From contig OY740807.1 of NCBI GenBank assembly GCA_963514005.1, forward strand, positions 1,922,001 through 1,986,000: a DNA stretch of 64,000 bases, read 5' to 3'. Source of the DNA: Raja brachyura (taxonomy: Eukaryota). The notes beneath the pieces were generated by a model. The model was not told the DNA's origin. It saw only the letters and a program-made list of their open reading frames with translations, and ran no database searches. The position numbers and the translations under genes were made by a program. This document shows positions 12,775 to 25,566 of the stretch, piece by piece. Every line of letters begins with the position of its first letter. Position 1 is the stretch's first letter.

Positions 12775-13263
12775 TATGTCGTCTAGTCCAAGATTCCCTT
12801 ATTCTGGGCAGGAGACCCTGTGCATCTATGCAAGTATATACAAGATCAGGCTGGCACAAAAACAGCCAAAGTCCATGCAAATTATCAATGATCATATTGA
12901 GTGGTGGGGTGGTCTCATTAAATTTGGTGGAACTATGTGGCCAACTGCTGCTCCTATATTCATGAGCTTGTGTGGTGATTGTAATGGAACAGGTCTTCAC
13001 AAAATTGGGCGTTGCGCTATGATCATATAGATCTTTACAACATGGAGTGTTGCACTGTGAGGACATTGGGCTTTCCAAGACACAGAGTGTTGCACGATGA
13101 TGACCCAGGCTTTTACATCACAGAGTGATGCACTGTGAGGAGAATGAACTTTAGAACTTCCAGCAGGCTGCAGACACAAGTACGAGGACACAGAATGATG
13201 AAACACCCTGATCATACTGCAAGGAGACAGAGCATACATCCCACAATGCCTGGAGTGAAACAG

Positions 13264-14538
13264 TTAATAATAATAATAAACTTTATTTCGGACTCGAGGT
13301 CCAGACAAGGGACAACATTACATAAAAATACATTGCATAATAAAACCATCATAAAATACATATACAATCTTAGCATATCACTGATAAAAGCATCCTAAAT
13401 TATATAATTAAAAAAGGACAATACATGAATTAAAATCCAGAATACAAATGATCAAGGTCCTACAACGAGACAACGATACCAGTGTCTCCACAACTGGGAT
13501 TCGTAGCGTGTAGTGCTAAACTTTATGTTTGACAAGGCCACAATAATCACATTTTTAGAGTAATTTATCCTTCAGATGAATTTACACATATGATTTCTTA
13601 GGATAGCTTCTAATGTACTGACTCCTGCAGCCACAAACATATTACTAGCACTACACCATCTAGGTTTCCTTAGCAGTGTTCTCATGGCATCATTACATGA
13701 CACCTTTAGTCTCTGCAAATTTGTCTTTCCATAGTTCGACCACAGATGCGCAGTAAAGAGTGGTGTGCAATATGCTCTAAACAGCGACATCTTCACCACA
13801 TCACCACAAAACTTACATCTTGCGTAAGTTTAATATCCTCAAACTTACACAAGAGGATATTCGCCTGTACATACAGCATGCGTGTTTGCCTATAAATATC
13901 CGCATCATCTTTCATTTGTTCTGTAATTAAATGCACTAGATATTTTACCTTATCACAGACACTAAGATTAGTGTCAGACGATTTAAAATCAGAACATTTT
14001 AGACATTTATCCTCTTTGGTTCTACAGATCATAACACCACTCTTACAAGCATTATATTTAATATCATGTTCCACACCATACACAGAACATATAGTAAGGA
14101 GTTACTGTAGACCAGCACTAGATGGACTAAAGACCACAAGATCATCTGCATACATAATATGACTCACTAAAATATTACCAATCATGCACCCAGTATTGCA
14201 GGCTTTCAATTATTTGGACAGATCATCAATATAAAGATTAAAAAGGACTGGGGACAAAATCCCATCTTGTCTAACACCGTTGCTAACCCCAAATGGGGCT
14301 GAGACCCCATTGCCCCATTTTATTTGCATAGTCTGGTGGGCATACCAGTAAGCCAGAATTCTCACTGTATTTAGGCTGCCCTCTTTGACTCATTTTAACA
14401 AACAGCTTTCTGTGATTAGCACGATCAAAGGCTTTGGAAGCATCAATAAAGAACATAAGGACTGAAGAATTTTTGCCTCGATATTTGTTTACAATCTCCT
14501 TTAGGGCGTATATGCATAAATCAGTGCCATGTTTAGCT
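13264..14538 (-). mobile_element. Non-LTR retrotransposon RT fragment with (ATT)n tail, tentatively RTE-X-like
   Basis: Minus strand reads IDASKAFDR, GVRQDGILSP, MYADDLVV and SLFRAYCTPL. AATAAA plus a (TTA)n tail lie at the left end. Clade assignment is uncertain. Confidence 0.8.
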
Positions 14539-15393
14539 CTATTGCATTCATGTGAGAAATACCAATTGCCCCGACAAAATACTGATTGGAGCCATCAAAA
14601 TACGGAAATGCTCGGTGAAACTTGGCAGCTCTGCAATTATTCACAATCACATTTTGTTTGAGAATTCAAAATGTGATTTGTGATCTTGTTTATGAATCAT
14701 CATGGAACTAGAATTTGTTATAATTTGTTTGGTTAGTTTGAAAGCGGTCGTAGTAATGTAAATGCATCATTTAGTTTGACTTCAATTTTCATGATGGAAA
14801 TTGAAGTCGAACTAAATGTTGTATTCACATCACTATTCCATGTTGAAATTGATGTGATGTTGAGTTGTTCGGTCAGGAGGACCATTAAAGGTGCACTGCA
14901 CACACTAACACAGTCTAACAGTAACAGGCAATCAAATCAATACACAAAACATTTTCTGAAAAAGCGTTTTTGTTTACTGCAAAAACTTACAGTATTTTAT
15001 TTGCAGTTTTTACATGCTCCTTTATAACATTTTACATAACATTTTACAACAGTACATTTTGAACATTAAAAAGGACACCAATGCTTGATTTTAAAAAATG
15101 AATACAACAATGACCCCAATCATCCCATTCCACCCACTCATTACTCTTAACTCAACCAAAATTATTTCTGAAATATTGGTCATAAATTTGGTGCAAAAAT
15201 GCTCCAAAATAAGGTTCCGAATGATTCAAAGAGCATCTAAAACCCCAGAGCTTCCAGGGCCCTTAAGCGGGCCCTGGACCCTGGCCACAATGGGCTTCGC
15301 ACTCGTGATGTGAGCTGTGGCGCACATTATTTCACATAAAATGTTTGTTACCCCGCCATTCCACCCCCCTTTTTGAAAAGTTTTATACGAGCC

Positions 15394-16255
15394 TGCTGTA
15401 CTTGCCACAGGTGTGGCCTGTCTCTCCCTCCTACGCCACAGACATCTCCCAGGCCATCTTCCAGTTCATCTGGGGGTCGAGGATGGATTCGGTGCAACAG
15501 GCCACAATGCACAACTCAGCAGACAATGGGGGTAAAAGCGTGCCCAACGTTGCCTTCACCCCGATTGCCACCTCCATGTGTGGCTGCATCAGGCAGAACG
15601 TAGAGCCAAGGCATGTGGGCACCAAGTGTCACTACCTGCTGAGGTTCTACCTGTCCCCGGTGTTGCAAAGGATAGGCCTGGCACAGATGCCACGCAATGC
15701 TCCAGTCAGCTGGACAAAAGTTCTTCCGGACCAACACCTTTGACAACAAGTCCATCGGGCCGGGTTAGCTCGGAACATCATGCAGGCACTGCAGGGAAAT
15801 GTCTCCATGGATCCTGTGGCATGGTTCCCAGAGTAGATGGCACAGCTTGAATGGTGGAATGCCTCATCACCAGAACTCACCAACAAGCACCAAGTCCTGG
15901 CTTGGCTGGTGGTGACGGTAGCCACCCCAGTCAGATCCTTCCTGTATTTTCTGAGGGATGCACTGAAGCTTGGTGCAGCCAACGCCAAGGCTCTGTGGGG
16001 GAAGTCCAGGGTCGAGGGTCATTCCACTGCTGGACATTGGCGGGCAGGGTGTGGTGGGGATGCCCCTCAAAAATAAGGGAAGGGATTCCACACCAGTGGG
16101 TCTCATGAGTGGCAAAGGTGGGGGATAAATGTGTGAAATTTGTGTAAACAGTTTTGAATGTTTGTATAGCCTCCGAAATTGTCAGATGACATTTTTGCAC
16201 GGTTCCTGTATTGTATATATTTATTACTTGAATAAAGTCTATTTTGAAATAATGT
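15394..16255 (+). mobile_element. Tx1-like (L1 group) LINE 3' fragment, degenerate
   Basis: LLYLPQVWP...AIFQFIWGSRMD...GGKSVPN...YLLRFYLSP, with AATAAA at 16231. Confidence 0.75.
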
Positions 16256-16433
16256 TTAAAGAGTTCTCCAGGACGAGGCTATCCCATTGCATTTCGGGTG
16301 TGCTGACGCCTACAGTGTCCCCAAATGCGGGATACTCAACTGCAACATTTGTGATAGCGGGGGGCTGCATTCTCCCCTGATTTTTGAACTAAAACCAGAA
16401 TAAAATGCTTTTGTGGCTACAATCTCTAAGATT

Positions 16434-17530
16434 TAGAAACATAGAAATATAGAAAATAGATGCAGGAGGAGGACATTCGGCCCTTAGTGCCAGCACTGCC
16501 ATTCATTGTGATCATAGCTGATTGTCCCAAATCAATAACCCGTGCCTGCCTTCTCCCCATATCCCTTGATTCCACTTGTCCCTAGAGCTCTATCTAACTC
16601 TCTCTTAAATCCATCCGGTGAGTTGGCCTCCACTGCCCTCTGTGGCAGGAAATTCACAACTCTCTGGGTGAAATTTTTTTTTTCTCACCTCACTCTTAAA
16701 TGGCCTCCCCTTTATTCGAAGACTGTGGCCCCTGGTTCTGGACTCACCCAACATTGGGAATATTTTTTCTTGCATCTAGCTTGTCCAGTCCTTTTATAAT
16801 TTTGCATGTTTCTATAAGATATCCCCTCATCCTTCTAAACTCCAGTGAATACAAGCCTAGTCTTTTCAATCTTTCCTCATATGACAGTCCCGCCATCACA
16901 GGGATCAATCTCGTGAACCTACGCTGCACTGCCTCAATCACAAGGATGTCCTTCCTCAAATTAGATCAAAACTGTACACAATACTCCAGATGTGGTGTTA
17001 CCAGAACCCTGTACAACTGCAGAATCCTCCGTCCTCCAGTACATCTGGGAGATTGTTTGTGCCTTCCTCATTGAACACAGATCCGAAGTACCTATTCAAC
17101 TCTTCTGCCATGTCTTTGTTATCCATAATAATTTCACCCGTGTCTGCCTTCAAGGGACCCACATTTAACCACATTTCTACTCTTTTTCCCTTAACATATC
17201 TAAAGAAGCTTTTACTGCCCTTCTTTACATTCCTGGGTAGCTTTCCCTCGAACTTCATCTTTTCAGCCCATATTGTCCGTTTTGCTTCCTTCTGTTGTCC
17301 TATGAAAGTTTCCCAATCCTCTGGCTTCCGGCTACTCTTTGCTGTGTTATACATCTTTTCTTTTAGTTCTAGTCTATCCCTAACTTCTCTTGTCAGCCAC
17401 AGTTGCCGCCTACTCCCCTTAGAATCTTTATTCCGTTTTGGAATGAAATTATCCTGTGTCTTCTGGATTATGCCCAGAAATTCCTGCCATTGCTGTTCCA
17501 TCCTCTTTTCTGCTAGGATCCCTTTCCAGA
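16434..17530 (-). mobile_element. CR1 family A-like fragments with internal deletion
   Basis: CATAGAAA tail at the left end. Fragments AVQRRFTRLIP and QQWQEFLGII...FFRYVKGKR. Confidence 0.9.
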
Positions 17531-17871
17531 TAAGCAGATGGTTGGACAAAGGCCAGAAATAAAAAGACAGAAAAAGACTCAAAGTGCTGGAGTAACTCAG
17601 CAGGTCCGGCAGCATATCCAGCGAGCCTGGATAGGTGACGTTTCAAGTTAGGACCCTTATTCAGACTGATTGTAAGGGATGGAGGGGAAGAAAGCAACAA
17701 GAGAGGAGGGACAGGGCAAAGTGTGGCAGGTAATAGGAGAATTGGTGATGAGATCGAAACAGTCTGGGAGATGATGGACCTGTGTTTGTCGGATGATTGG
17801 GGATTATCAGCCATGATCACATTGAATGGCGGAGCTGGGTCAAAGGGCCAAATGGCCTACTCCTGCACCTA

Positions 17872-18298
17872 TCTTTATTCTTTGGAGCGCAGAAGGTTAA
17901 TGGGGGGACTTGATTGAGGTATTTAAAATGATGAAAGGGATAGACAGAGTTGACGTGGATAAGCTTTTCCCATTGAGGGTAGGGAAGATTCAAACAAGAG
18001 GGCATGACATGAGAATTAAGGGACAGAAGTTTAGGGGTAACATGAGGGGGAACTTCTTTACTCAGAGAGTGGTGGGTGTGTGGAATGATCTTCCAGCAGA
18101 AGTGGTGGAGGCAGGATCGATTTTAACATTTAAAAGTAAAGTGGATAGGTATATGGACGGGAAGGGAATGGAGGGGTATGGTCTGAGTGCAGGTAGATGG
18201 GACTAGGGGAAAATAAATGGTCGGCATGGACTGGAAGGGCCGAGAAGGCCTGTTTCCGTGCTGTAATTGTTATATGGTTGTATGGTTATATGGTTATT
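17872..18298 (+). mobile_element. CR1 family B 3' end
   Basis: TRGHDMRIKGQKFRGN motif and (GGTTATAT)n tail. Confidence 0.9.
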
Positions 18299-18370
18299 GT
18301 CTATTGTCTATTGTATATTGTTTACAGTTACTAGCAAGTGGCTGCACAGGTGAACAGCATGGTGAGAACA

Positions 18371-18465
18371 GTCTGAAGAAGGGTTTCGGCCCGAAACGGT
18401 GCCTATTTCCTTCGCTCCATAGATGCTGCTGCACCCGCTGAGTTTCTCCAGCACTTTTGTCTAAC
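18371..18465 (+). mobile_element. 95-bp solo Penelope terminal unit (hammerhead-motif mini-element)
   Basis: Perfect 13-bp TSD CATGGTGAGAACA (18358-18370 and 18466-18478). Begins GTCTGAAGAAGGGTTTCGGCCCGAAAC. Confidence 0.85.
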
Positions 18466-18513
18466 CATGGTGAGAACATCACTTGCCAATCTATTATTAC
18501 TGACCGAGATCGA

Positions 18514-18527
18514 CCAGCAGGTGGTGC
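18514..18527 (+). promoter_or_regulatory. Candidate CTCF site
   Basis: CCAGCAGGTGGTGC has one C>T change from CCAGCAGGTGGCGC and sits in apparently non-TE context. Confidence 0.4.
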
Positions 18528-18899
18528 ATGCAACAGGCTGATTGTGATAATTGCGTTGCCATGAGACAAAACACACAGGGAACATCTTTATTCCATTTAA
18601 ACATATCTTTTTGTAACGTAGAAAGCTAACTTTACAGTACACAGGGAATCTATAGAGTGCAATGAACATCTTATGCAACAGAATATATTTATATTGCGCA
18701 CAGCTCTTGCTTACAGCACAGATATTTTTCATTGAATATTCGACATCTCTCGGCATTGTTAACATTTATTCAGTGCAGAACACCCTTGCATCTGTAGAGC
18801 CAGGTGTCACATGTCACATTCATGAAAAAATACTGTTTTAGCCACCAGGAATTTTTTTTTAGTAACTAACTCAACATGATGTTAAATTTGACATGGCGA

Positions 18900-19231
18900 A
18901 CAATATCTCAGCAATCGGCCGGCCTCTTTTTCGTTGACACAGCAGGGAAGGAGTTGTGGGTGTGTGCCTCACTTGAATGGGGACAAACCATATCAAATCC
19001 ACGAAGCCAGCAAAAGACAGGTTTAGCCAAGGCTCTTTCGAGTGTCCATGAATCCCCGTTTGTTCAGCACAAAGTGGAAGGAATTGTAAGCAAAGTTGTT
19101 CAGTTTAAAGATAATTCCCCTCAGGACTGTCGATGAGATCCAAAAGGGTTGGCATAAAGAAAAGGGACGAATAGTAAACCCAGGGACTTCAAAGGCAACA
19201 CAGGGAGGAGTGTGAGTTATTGACGTGTAGC
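18900..19231 (-). mobile_element. Ancient Penelope RT remnant
   Basis: Minus strand reads IFKLNNFAYNSFHF...CLFAGFV, aligning by eye to VLTLNNFSFDSSHF...ACLFVG of the young copy at about 21750. Confidence 0.55.
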
Positions 19232-19612
19232 CATTACCATACCTGCCAACATTTGAAAATGAAAAATCTTACTCTGAGTGCACTCGCCCCTGACGGGTGG
19301 GGTCCAGGAGCCCGCCTTAGCTCCTGGATTTTAAGGTTTTTTTGTAGTTTGCCGATATCATGATATATTCAGAGCTGCCAGGTTTTGTCAGAGCATTTCA
19401 GTATCCTAGTACCTGGAAATCAGTATTTTGCTGAGGATTTTTACGCGGTGACCTTTTGCTGAATTTTTTTTAAATGCGCGGTCATACCCATGTAAGAGTA
19501 CAAGAATGCATAACTTGTTTATTGTGTATTTGTAATACGCTTTATTGTGTATTATATGTCATAGCTGCTTTCTTGCATTTGGTAGCAAAGTCATTTGGTC
19601 GCAAGGAAGGAA

Positions 19613-20150
19613 TCTCTCTCTCTCTTCCTCTCCCTTCTTCCTACCTATCTCTCTCCCCCTCTCTCTCCCCCCCGTCTCTCCCCACCCTCTCTCCCCCCTC
19701 TCGCCTTCCCTCTCTCACTCCCCCCCACTCNNNNNNNNNNNNNNNNNNNNNNNNNNNNNNNNNNNNNNNNNNNNNNNNNNNNNNNNNNNNNNNNNNNNNN
19801 NNNNNNNNNNNNNNNNNNNNNNNNNNNNNNNNNNNNNNNNNNNNNNNNNNNNNNNNNNNCTCTCTATATATATCCCCCTCCCTCTCTCTCTCTCTCTCCC
19901 CTCTCCACCCCCTCTCCCTATCTCCCTCTCTCTCCCTCCCCCTCTCCTTCCCTCTCACTCTCTATCTCTCCCTACCCCCTCCATCCCCCTACCCCCCTCT
20001 CCCCTCTCTCTCCCACCCTCCCCCTCTCTCTCCCCTCCCCCTCTCCCTCCCGCCCCCCTCTCTGCCTCCCCCCCTTGCCTCCCCCCCTTCTCTCCCACCC
20101 TCCCTCTCTCCATCCCTCCCTCCCCCTCCATCCACACACACAACTACAAC
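19613..20150. repeat. CT-rich low-complexity tract containing an assembly gap (N 19731-19859)
   Basis: Directly visible. Confidence 0.95.
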
Positions 20151-20303
20151 ACCTACAACAAGACTCTATGCTTTACACTCTGTGCAAACAGCAGAGACAA
20201 AGTGTTAAAGAAGGAACTGCAGATGCTGGAGAATCGAGGGTTACACAAAAAGCTGGAGAAACTCAGCGGGTGCAGCAGCATCTAAGGAGCGAAGGAGATA
20301 GGC

Positions 20304-20331
20304 GACGTTTCGGGTCGAGAACCTTCTTCAG
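20304..20331 (-). ncRNA. Minimal type I hammerhead ribozyme core
   Basis: Reverse complement CTGAAGA-AGGTTCTCGACCC-GAAA-CGTC. All core nucleotides are present, with a GUC triplet and palindromic ACGU helix III. Activity is untested. Confidence 0.75.
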
Positions 20332-23300
20332 ACTGGTCAGGGATCAGGGAAACGAGAGATATACACAGTGATATGGAGAGATAAAGAACAATGAATGAAA
20401 GATATGCAAAAAAGTATTGATGATAAGGGAAACAGGCCATTGTTAGCTGTTTGTGGTGTGAAAATGAGAAGCTAGTGCGACTGGGGTGGGGGGGGGGGGA
20501 GATGGAGAAGGAATGTCAGGGCCCGAGGGCTGAGGGAGAGGTGGGGAGGGGAGGGGGCAGTCTGGGTTAACAGAATTGAGAAAATTCAATGTTTAAGCCC
20601 AGAGGATGCAGACTCCCCAAGCGGAATATGAGGTGCTGTTCCTCCAACTTGCGGTGTTGCTCACTCTGGCCGTGGAGGAGGGTCAGGACCGAGAGGTCGG
20701 ATACGGAATGGGAGGGGGAGTTGAAGTGCTGAGCCACCGAGAGGTTGAGTTGGTTATTGCGGACCGAGCGGAGGTGTTCGGCGAAACGATCGCCCAGCCA
20801 CCGCTTGGTCTCACCGATGTAGATCAGCTGGCATCTGGAGCAACGGATGCAGTAGATGAGGTTGGAGGAGGTGCAGGTGAACCTCTGTCAGACTTGGAAG
20901 GACTGCTTGGGTCCCTGAAAGGAGTGGATGGGGGAGGTAAAGGGACAAGTGTAGCATCTCTTGCGGTTGCAAGGGAAAGTGCCCGGGGAAGGAGTGGAGC
21001 GGGAGGGAAGGGAAGAATTGACAAGGGAGTTGCGGAGGGAGCGGTCTTTGCGGAAGGCAGACAGGGGGGGAGATGGGAAGATGTGGCGAGTAGAGGGGTC
21101 ACGTTGGAGGTGGCGAAACTGGCGGAGGACTATCTGTTGTATGCGCTGGCTGGTGGGGTGAAAGGTGAGGACCAGGGGGGCTCGGCCCTTGTTGTGAGTG
21201 GGGGAATGGGGAGAGAGGGCAGTGTTGCGGGGTATGGAGGAGACCCTGGTGCGAGCCTCATTTATAGTGGGGGAGGGGAAACCCCGTTCTCTGAAGAACG
21301 AGGACATTTGTGATGACCTGGTGTGGAACACGGCATCCTGGGAGCAGATGCGGCGTAGACGGAGGAATTGGGAATAGGGGATGGAGTCCTTACAGGAAGC
21401 AGGGTGGGAGGAAGAGTAGTCCAGGTAGCTGTGGGAGTCAGTTGGTTTGTAGTGGATGTCAGTCAGGAGTGTATAACCTGCAATAGAGATGGTGAGGTCA
21501 AGGAATGGTAGGGAAATGTCGGAAATGGTCCAAGTATATTTGAGTGCCGGATGGAAGTTGGTGGTGAAATGGATGAAGTCAGTCAGTTGTGCGTGGGTGC
21601 AGGAGGGGACACCAAAGCAGTCGTCAATGTAACGGAAGTAAAGGTCGAGGGTGGGGCCCTGGTACGCCGAGAACGTGCCCGACAAAGAGGCAGGCGTAGC
21701 TAGGGCCCATGTGTGTGCCCATAGCTACGCCTTGTGTTTGGAGGAAATGGGAGGAGTCAAAAGAGAAGTTGTTGAGGGTAAGGACCAACTCCGCTAGGCG
21801 GAGGAGGGTGTCAGTGGATGGGTATGGGTTGCTCCTCTGGTCGAGGAAGTACCGGAGGGCTTTGAGACCATCCTGGTGGGGGATGCAGGTGTATAGTGAC
21901 TGGACGTCCATGGTGAAGATGAGAGGATGGGGGCCTGGACAACGGAATGTGCGGAGCCGACGGAGAGTGTCTGAGGTGTCTTGAAAATAGGTGGGGAGGG
22001 ATTTAACAAAGGGGGATAGGATGGAGTCAAGGTATGTGGAAATGTGTTCGGTGGGGCACGAACAGGCAGAGACAATGGGTCTGCCGGGGCAGTCGGGTTT
22101 GTGGATTTTGGGGAGAAGGTAAAATCGGGCTGTGCGGGGCTGGGAAACGATGAGGTTTCCGCAACAACCCAGACTGGGTTATCAAACCCGCCGACAAGGG
22201 AGGTGCTGTGGTAGTCTGGCGCGTCAATCTCTACAAAGCGGAGGCCACGCGCCAACTCTCGGACACCTCTTCCTACTTACCCCTGGACCATGACCCCACT
22301 GACGAGCACCAGGCCACCATCTCGAGCACCATAACCGACTTCATCAACTCCAGCTCCCTACCCCCCCGAGCCTCCAACCTCATCGTTTCCCAGCCCCGCA
22401 CAGCCCGATTTTACCTTCTCCCCAAAAGGGTCATCACAAATGTCCTCGTTCTTCAGAGAACGGGGATTCCCCTCCCCCACTATAAATGAGGCTCGCACCA
22501 GGGTCTCCTCCATACCCCATATCCATCTCCTCCATTCCCCCACTCACAACAAGGGCCGAGTCCCCCTAGTCCTCACCTTTCACCCCACCAGCCAGCGCAT
22601 ACAACATAGTCCTCCGCCAGTTTCGCCACCTCCAACGTGACCCCTCCACTCGCCACATCTTCCCATCTCCCCCCCTGTCTGCCTTCCGCAAAGACCGCTC
22701 CCTCCGCAACTCCCTTGTCAATTCTTCCCTTCCCTCCAGCTCCACTCCTTCCCCGGGCACTTTCCCTTGCAACCGCAAGAGATGCTACACTTGTCCCTTC
22801 ACCTCCCCCATCCACTCCTTTCAGGGACCCAAGCAGTCATTCCAAGTCCGACAGAGGTTCACCTGCACCTCCTCCAACCTCATCTACTGCATCCGTTGCT
22901 CCAGATGCCAGCTGATCTACATCGGTGAGACCAAGCGGAGGCTTGGCGATCGTTTCGCCGAACACCTCCGCTCGGTCCGCAATAACCAACCCGACCTCCC
23001 GGTGGCTCAGCACTTCAACTCCCCCTCCCATTCCGTATCCGACCTCTCGGTCCTGGGCCTCCTCCACGGCCAGAGTGAGCAACACCGCAAGTTGGAGGAA
23101 CAGCACCTCATATTCCGCTTGGAGAGTCTGCATCCTCTGGGCTTAAACATTGAATTTTCTCAATTCTGTTAACCCAGACTGCCCCCTCCCCTCCCCACCT
23201 CTCCCTCAGCCCTCGGGCCCTGACATTCCTTCTCCATCTCCCCCCCCACCCCAGTCGCACTAGCTTCTCATTTTCACACCACAAACAGCTTACAATGGCC

Positions 23301-23403
23301 TGTTTCCCTTATCATCAATACTTTTTTGCATATCTTTCATTCATTGTTCTTTATCTCTCCACATCACTGTTTATGTCTCTCGTTTCCCTGATCCCTGACC
23401 AGT

Positions 23404-23431
23404 CTGAAGAAGGGTCTCGACCCGAAACGTC
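23404..23431 (+). ncRNA. Minimal type I hammerhead ribozyme core
   Basis: CTGAAGA-A-GGGTCTCGACCC-GAAA-CGTC. Confidence 0.8.
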
Positions 23432-23649
23432 GCCTATCTCCTTTGCTCCTTAGATGCTGCTGCACCCGCTGAGTTTCTCCAGCTTTTTGTGCAACAGAGA
23501 CAAAGTGTTGGGGGCAGCCATCTTCTGCTTCAGTGAGGGAAGCTGGTGGGTGATTGGCCCCTCGGAGACAGCGTCTGATTGGCTGCCGCGTGATCAGCGC
23601 ATTCTGTGATTGGACACAATGGTCTTGGAGACAGCGGCTGATTGGATGG

Positions 23650-25566
23650 GTATTAGGAAAGGGAAAATAGATTATGAAAGGAAACTGGCAGGGAACATAA
23701 AAGCTGACTGCAAAAGTTTTTATAGATATGTGAAGAGAAAGAGACTAGTTAAAACAAATGTTGGTCCCTTGCAGTCAGAAACAGGTGAATTGATCATGGG
23801 GAACAAGGACATGGCAGACCAATTGAATAACTACTTTGGTTCTGTCTTCACTAAGGAAGACATAAATAATCTGCCGGAAATAGCAGTGGAATGGGGGTCA
23901 AATAAGATGGAGGAACTGAGTGAAATCCAGGTTAGCCGGGAGGTGGTGTTGGGTAAATTGAATGGATTGAAGGCCGATAAATCCCCAGGGCCAGATAGGC
24001 TGCATCCCAGAGTACTCAAGGAGGTAGCCACAGAAATAGTGGATGCATTAGTGATAATTTTTCAAAATTCCTTAGATTCTGGAGTAGTTCCTGAGGATTG
24101 GAGGGTAGCTAATGTAACCCCACTTTTTAAAAAAGGAGGGAGAGAGAAAGCGGGGAATTACAGACCAGTTAGTCTAACATCGGTAGTGGGGAAACTGCTA
24201 GAGTCAGTTATTAAAGATGGGATAGCAGCGCATTTGGAAAATGGTGAAATCATTGGACAAAGTCAGCATGGATTTACGAAAGGTAAATCATGTCTGACAA
24301 ATCTGATAGAATTTTTCGAGGATGTAACTAGTAGAGTGGATAAGGGAGAACCAGTGGATGTGTTATATCTAGACTTTCAGAAGGCTTTCGACAAGGTCCC
24401 GCATAAGAGATTAGCATACAAACTTAAAGCACACGGTATTGGGGGTTCAGTATTGATGTGGATAGAGAACTGGCTAGCAGACAGGAGGCAAAGGGTAGGA
24501 GTAAACGGGTCCTTTTCAGAATGGCAGGCAGTGACTAGTGGGGTGCCGCAAGGCTCAGTGCTGGGACCCCAGCTATTTACAATATATATTAATGACTTGG
24601 ACGAGGGAATTCAATGCAACATCTCCAAATTTGCAGATGATACCAAGCTGGGGGGTATAGTTAGGTGTGAGGAGGATGCTTGGAGGCTGCAGGGTGATTT
24701 GGATAGGCTGAGTGAATGGGCAGATGCATGGCAGATGCAGTATAATGTGGATAAATGTGAGGTTATCCACTTTGGTGGCAAAAACATGAGGGTAGACTAT
24801 TATCTGAATGGTGGCAGATTAGGAAAAGGGGAGATGCAACAAAACCTGGGTGTCATGGTACACCAGTCATTGAAAGTAGGCATGCAGGTGCAGCAGGTGG
24901 TGCAGAAAGCAAATGGTATGTTAGCATTCGTAGCGAAAGGATTTGAGTATAGGAGCAGGGAGGTTCTAGTGCAGTTGTACAGGGTTTTGGCGATGCCACA
25001 CCTGGAGTATTGCGTACAGTTTTGGTCTCCAAATCTGAGGAAAGACTTTCTTGCCATTGAGGGGGTACAGAGAAGATTCACCAGACTGATTCCTGCGATG
25101 TCAGGACTTTCATATGAGGAAAGACTGGATAGACTCGGCTTGTACTCGTTGGAATTTAGAAGATTGAGGGGGGATCTTATAGAAACGTACATAATTCTTA
25201 AGGGGTTGGACAAGCTAGATGCTGGAAGATTGTTCCCGATGTTGGGGGAGTCCAGAACAAGGGGTCACAGTCTAAGGATAAGGGGGAATTCCTTTAGGAA
25301 AGATGAAGAAAACATTCTTTACACAGAGAGTGGTGAGTCTCTGGAATTCTCTGCCACAGAAGGTAGTTGAGGCCAGTTCATTGGCTATATTTAAGAGGGC
25401 GTTAGATGTGGCACTTGTGGCTAAAGGGATCAGGGGGTATGGAGAGAAGGCAGGTACGGGATACTGAGTTGGATGATCAGCCATGATCACATTGAATGGC
25501 GGTGCGGGCTCGAAGGGCCGAATGGCCTACTCCTGCACCTATTTTCTATGTTTCTATGTTTCTATG
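23650..25566 (+). mobile_element. CR1 family A, 1.9 kb, nearly complete RT frame (ORF 23610-25370)
   Basis: KSPGPD, NYRPVSLTS, QHGF, DFQKAFDKVPH and FADDTK motifs. Frameshift near 25300. (TTTCTATG)n tail. Confidence 0.96.

Larger units (their letters stand above)
20207..23494. mobile_element. Penelope-like element (RT plus GIY-YIG) in fold-back configuration
   Basis: 15-bp TSD CAGAGACAAAGTGTT (20192-20206 and 23495-23509). Motifs IKPADKGGAVVV, MDVQSLYT, GVAMGTHMGP, FRYIDD and NLIYCIRC...YIGETKR. Inverted arms of about 1.07 kb. Confidence 0.95.

Noticed and set aside
13053-13137. Two CACTGTG heptamers as J-type RSS
   Set aside because: They are part of a 39-bp degenerate repeat. No GGTTTTTGT at the correct spacing and no J motif follows.
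18876-19136. 86-aa + strand ORF as a host exon
   Set aside because: Antisense to a decayed Penelope RT.
19474-20371. Long Pro/Ser/Leu-rich ORFs in three frames
   Set aside because: CT low-complexity sequence spanning an N gap.
23610-25370. 586-aa ORF as a domesticated RT gene or active LINE
   Set aside because: 5'-truncated CR1 lacking the endonuclease, with a non-ATG start in flanking DNA and a C-terminal frameshift.
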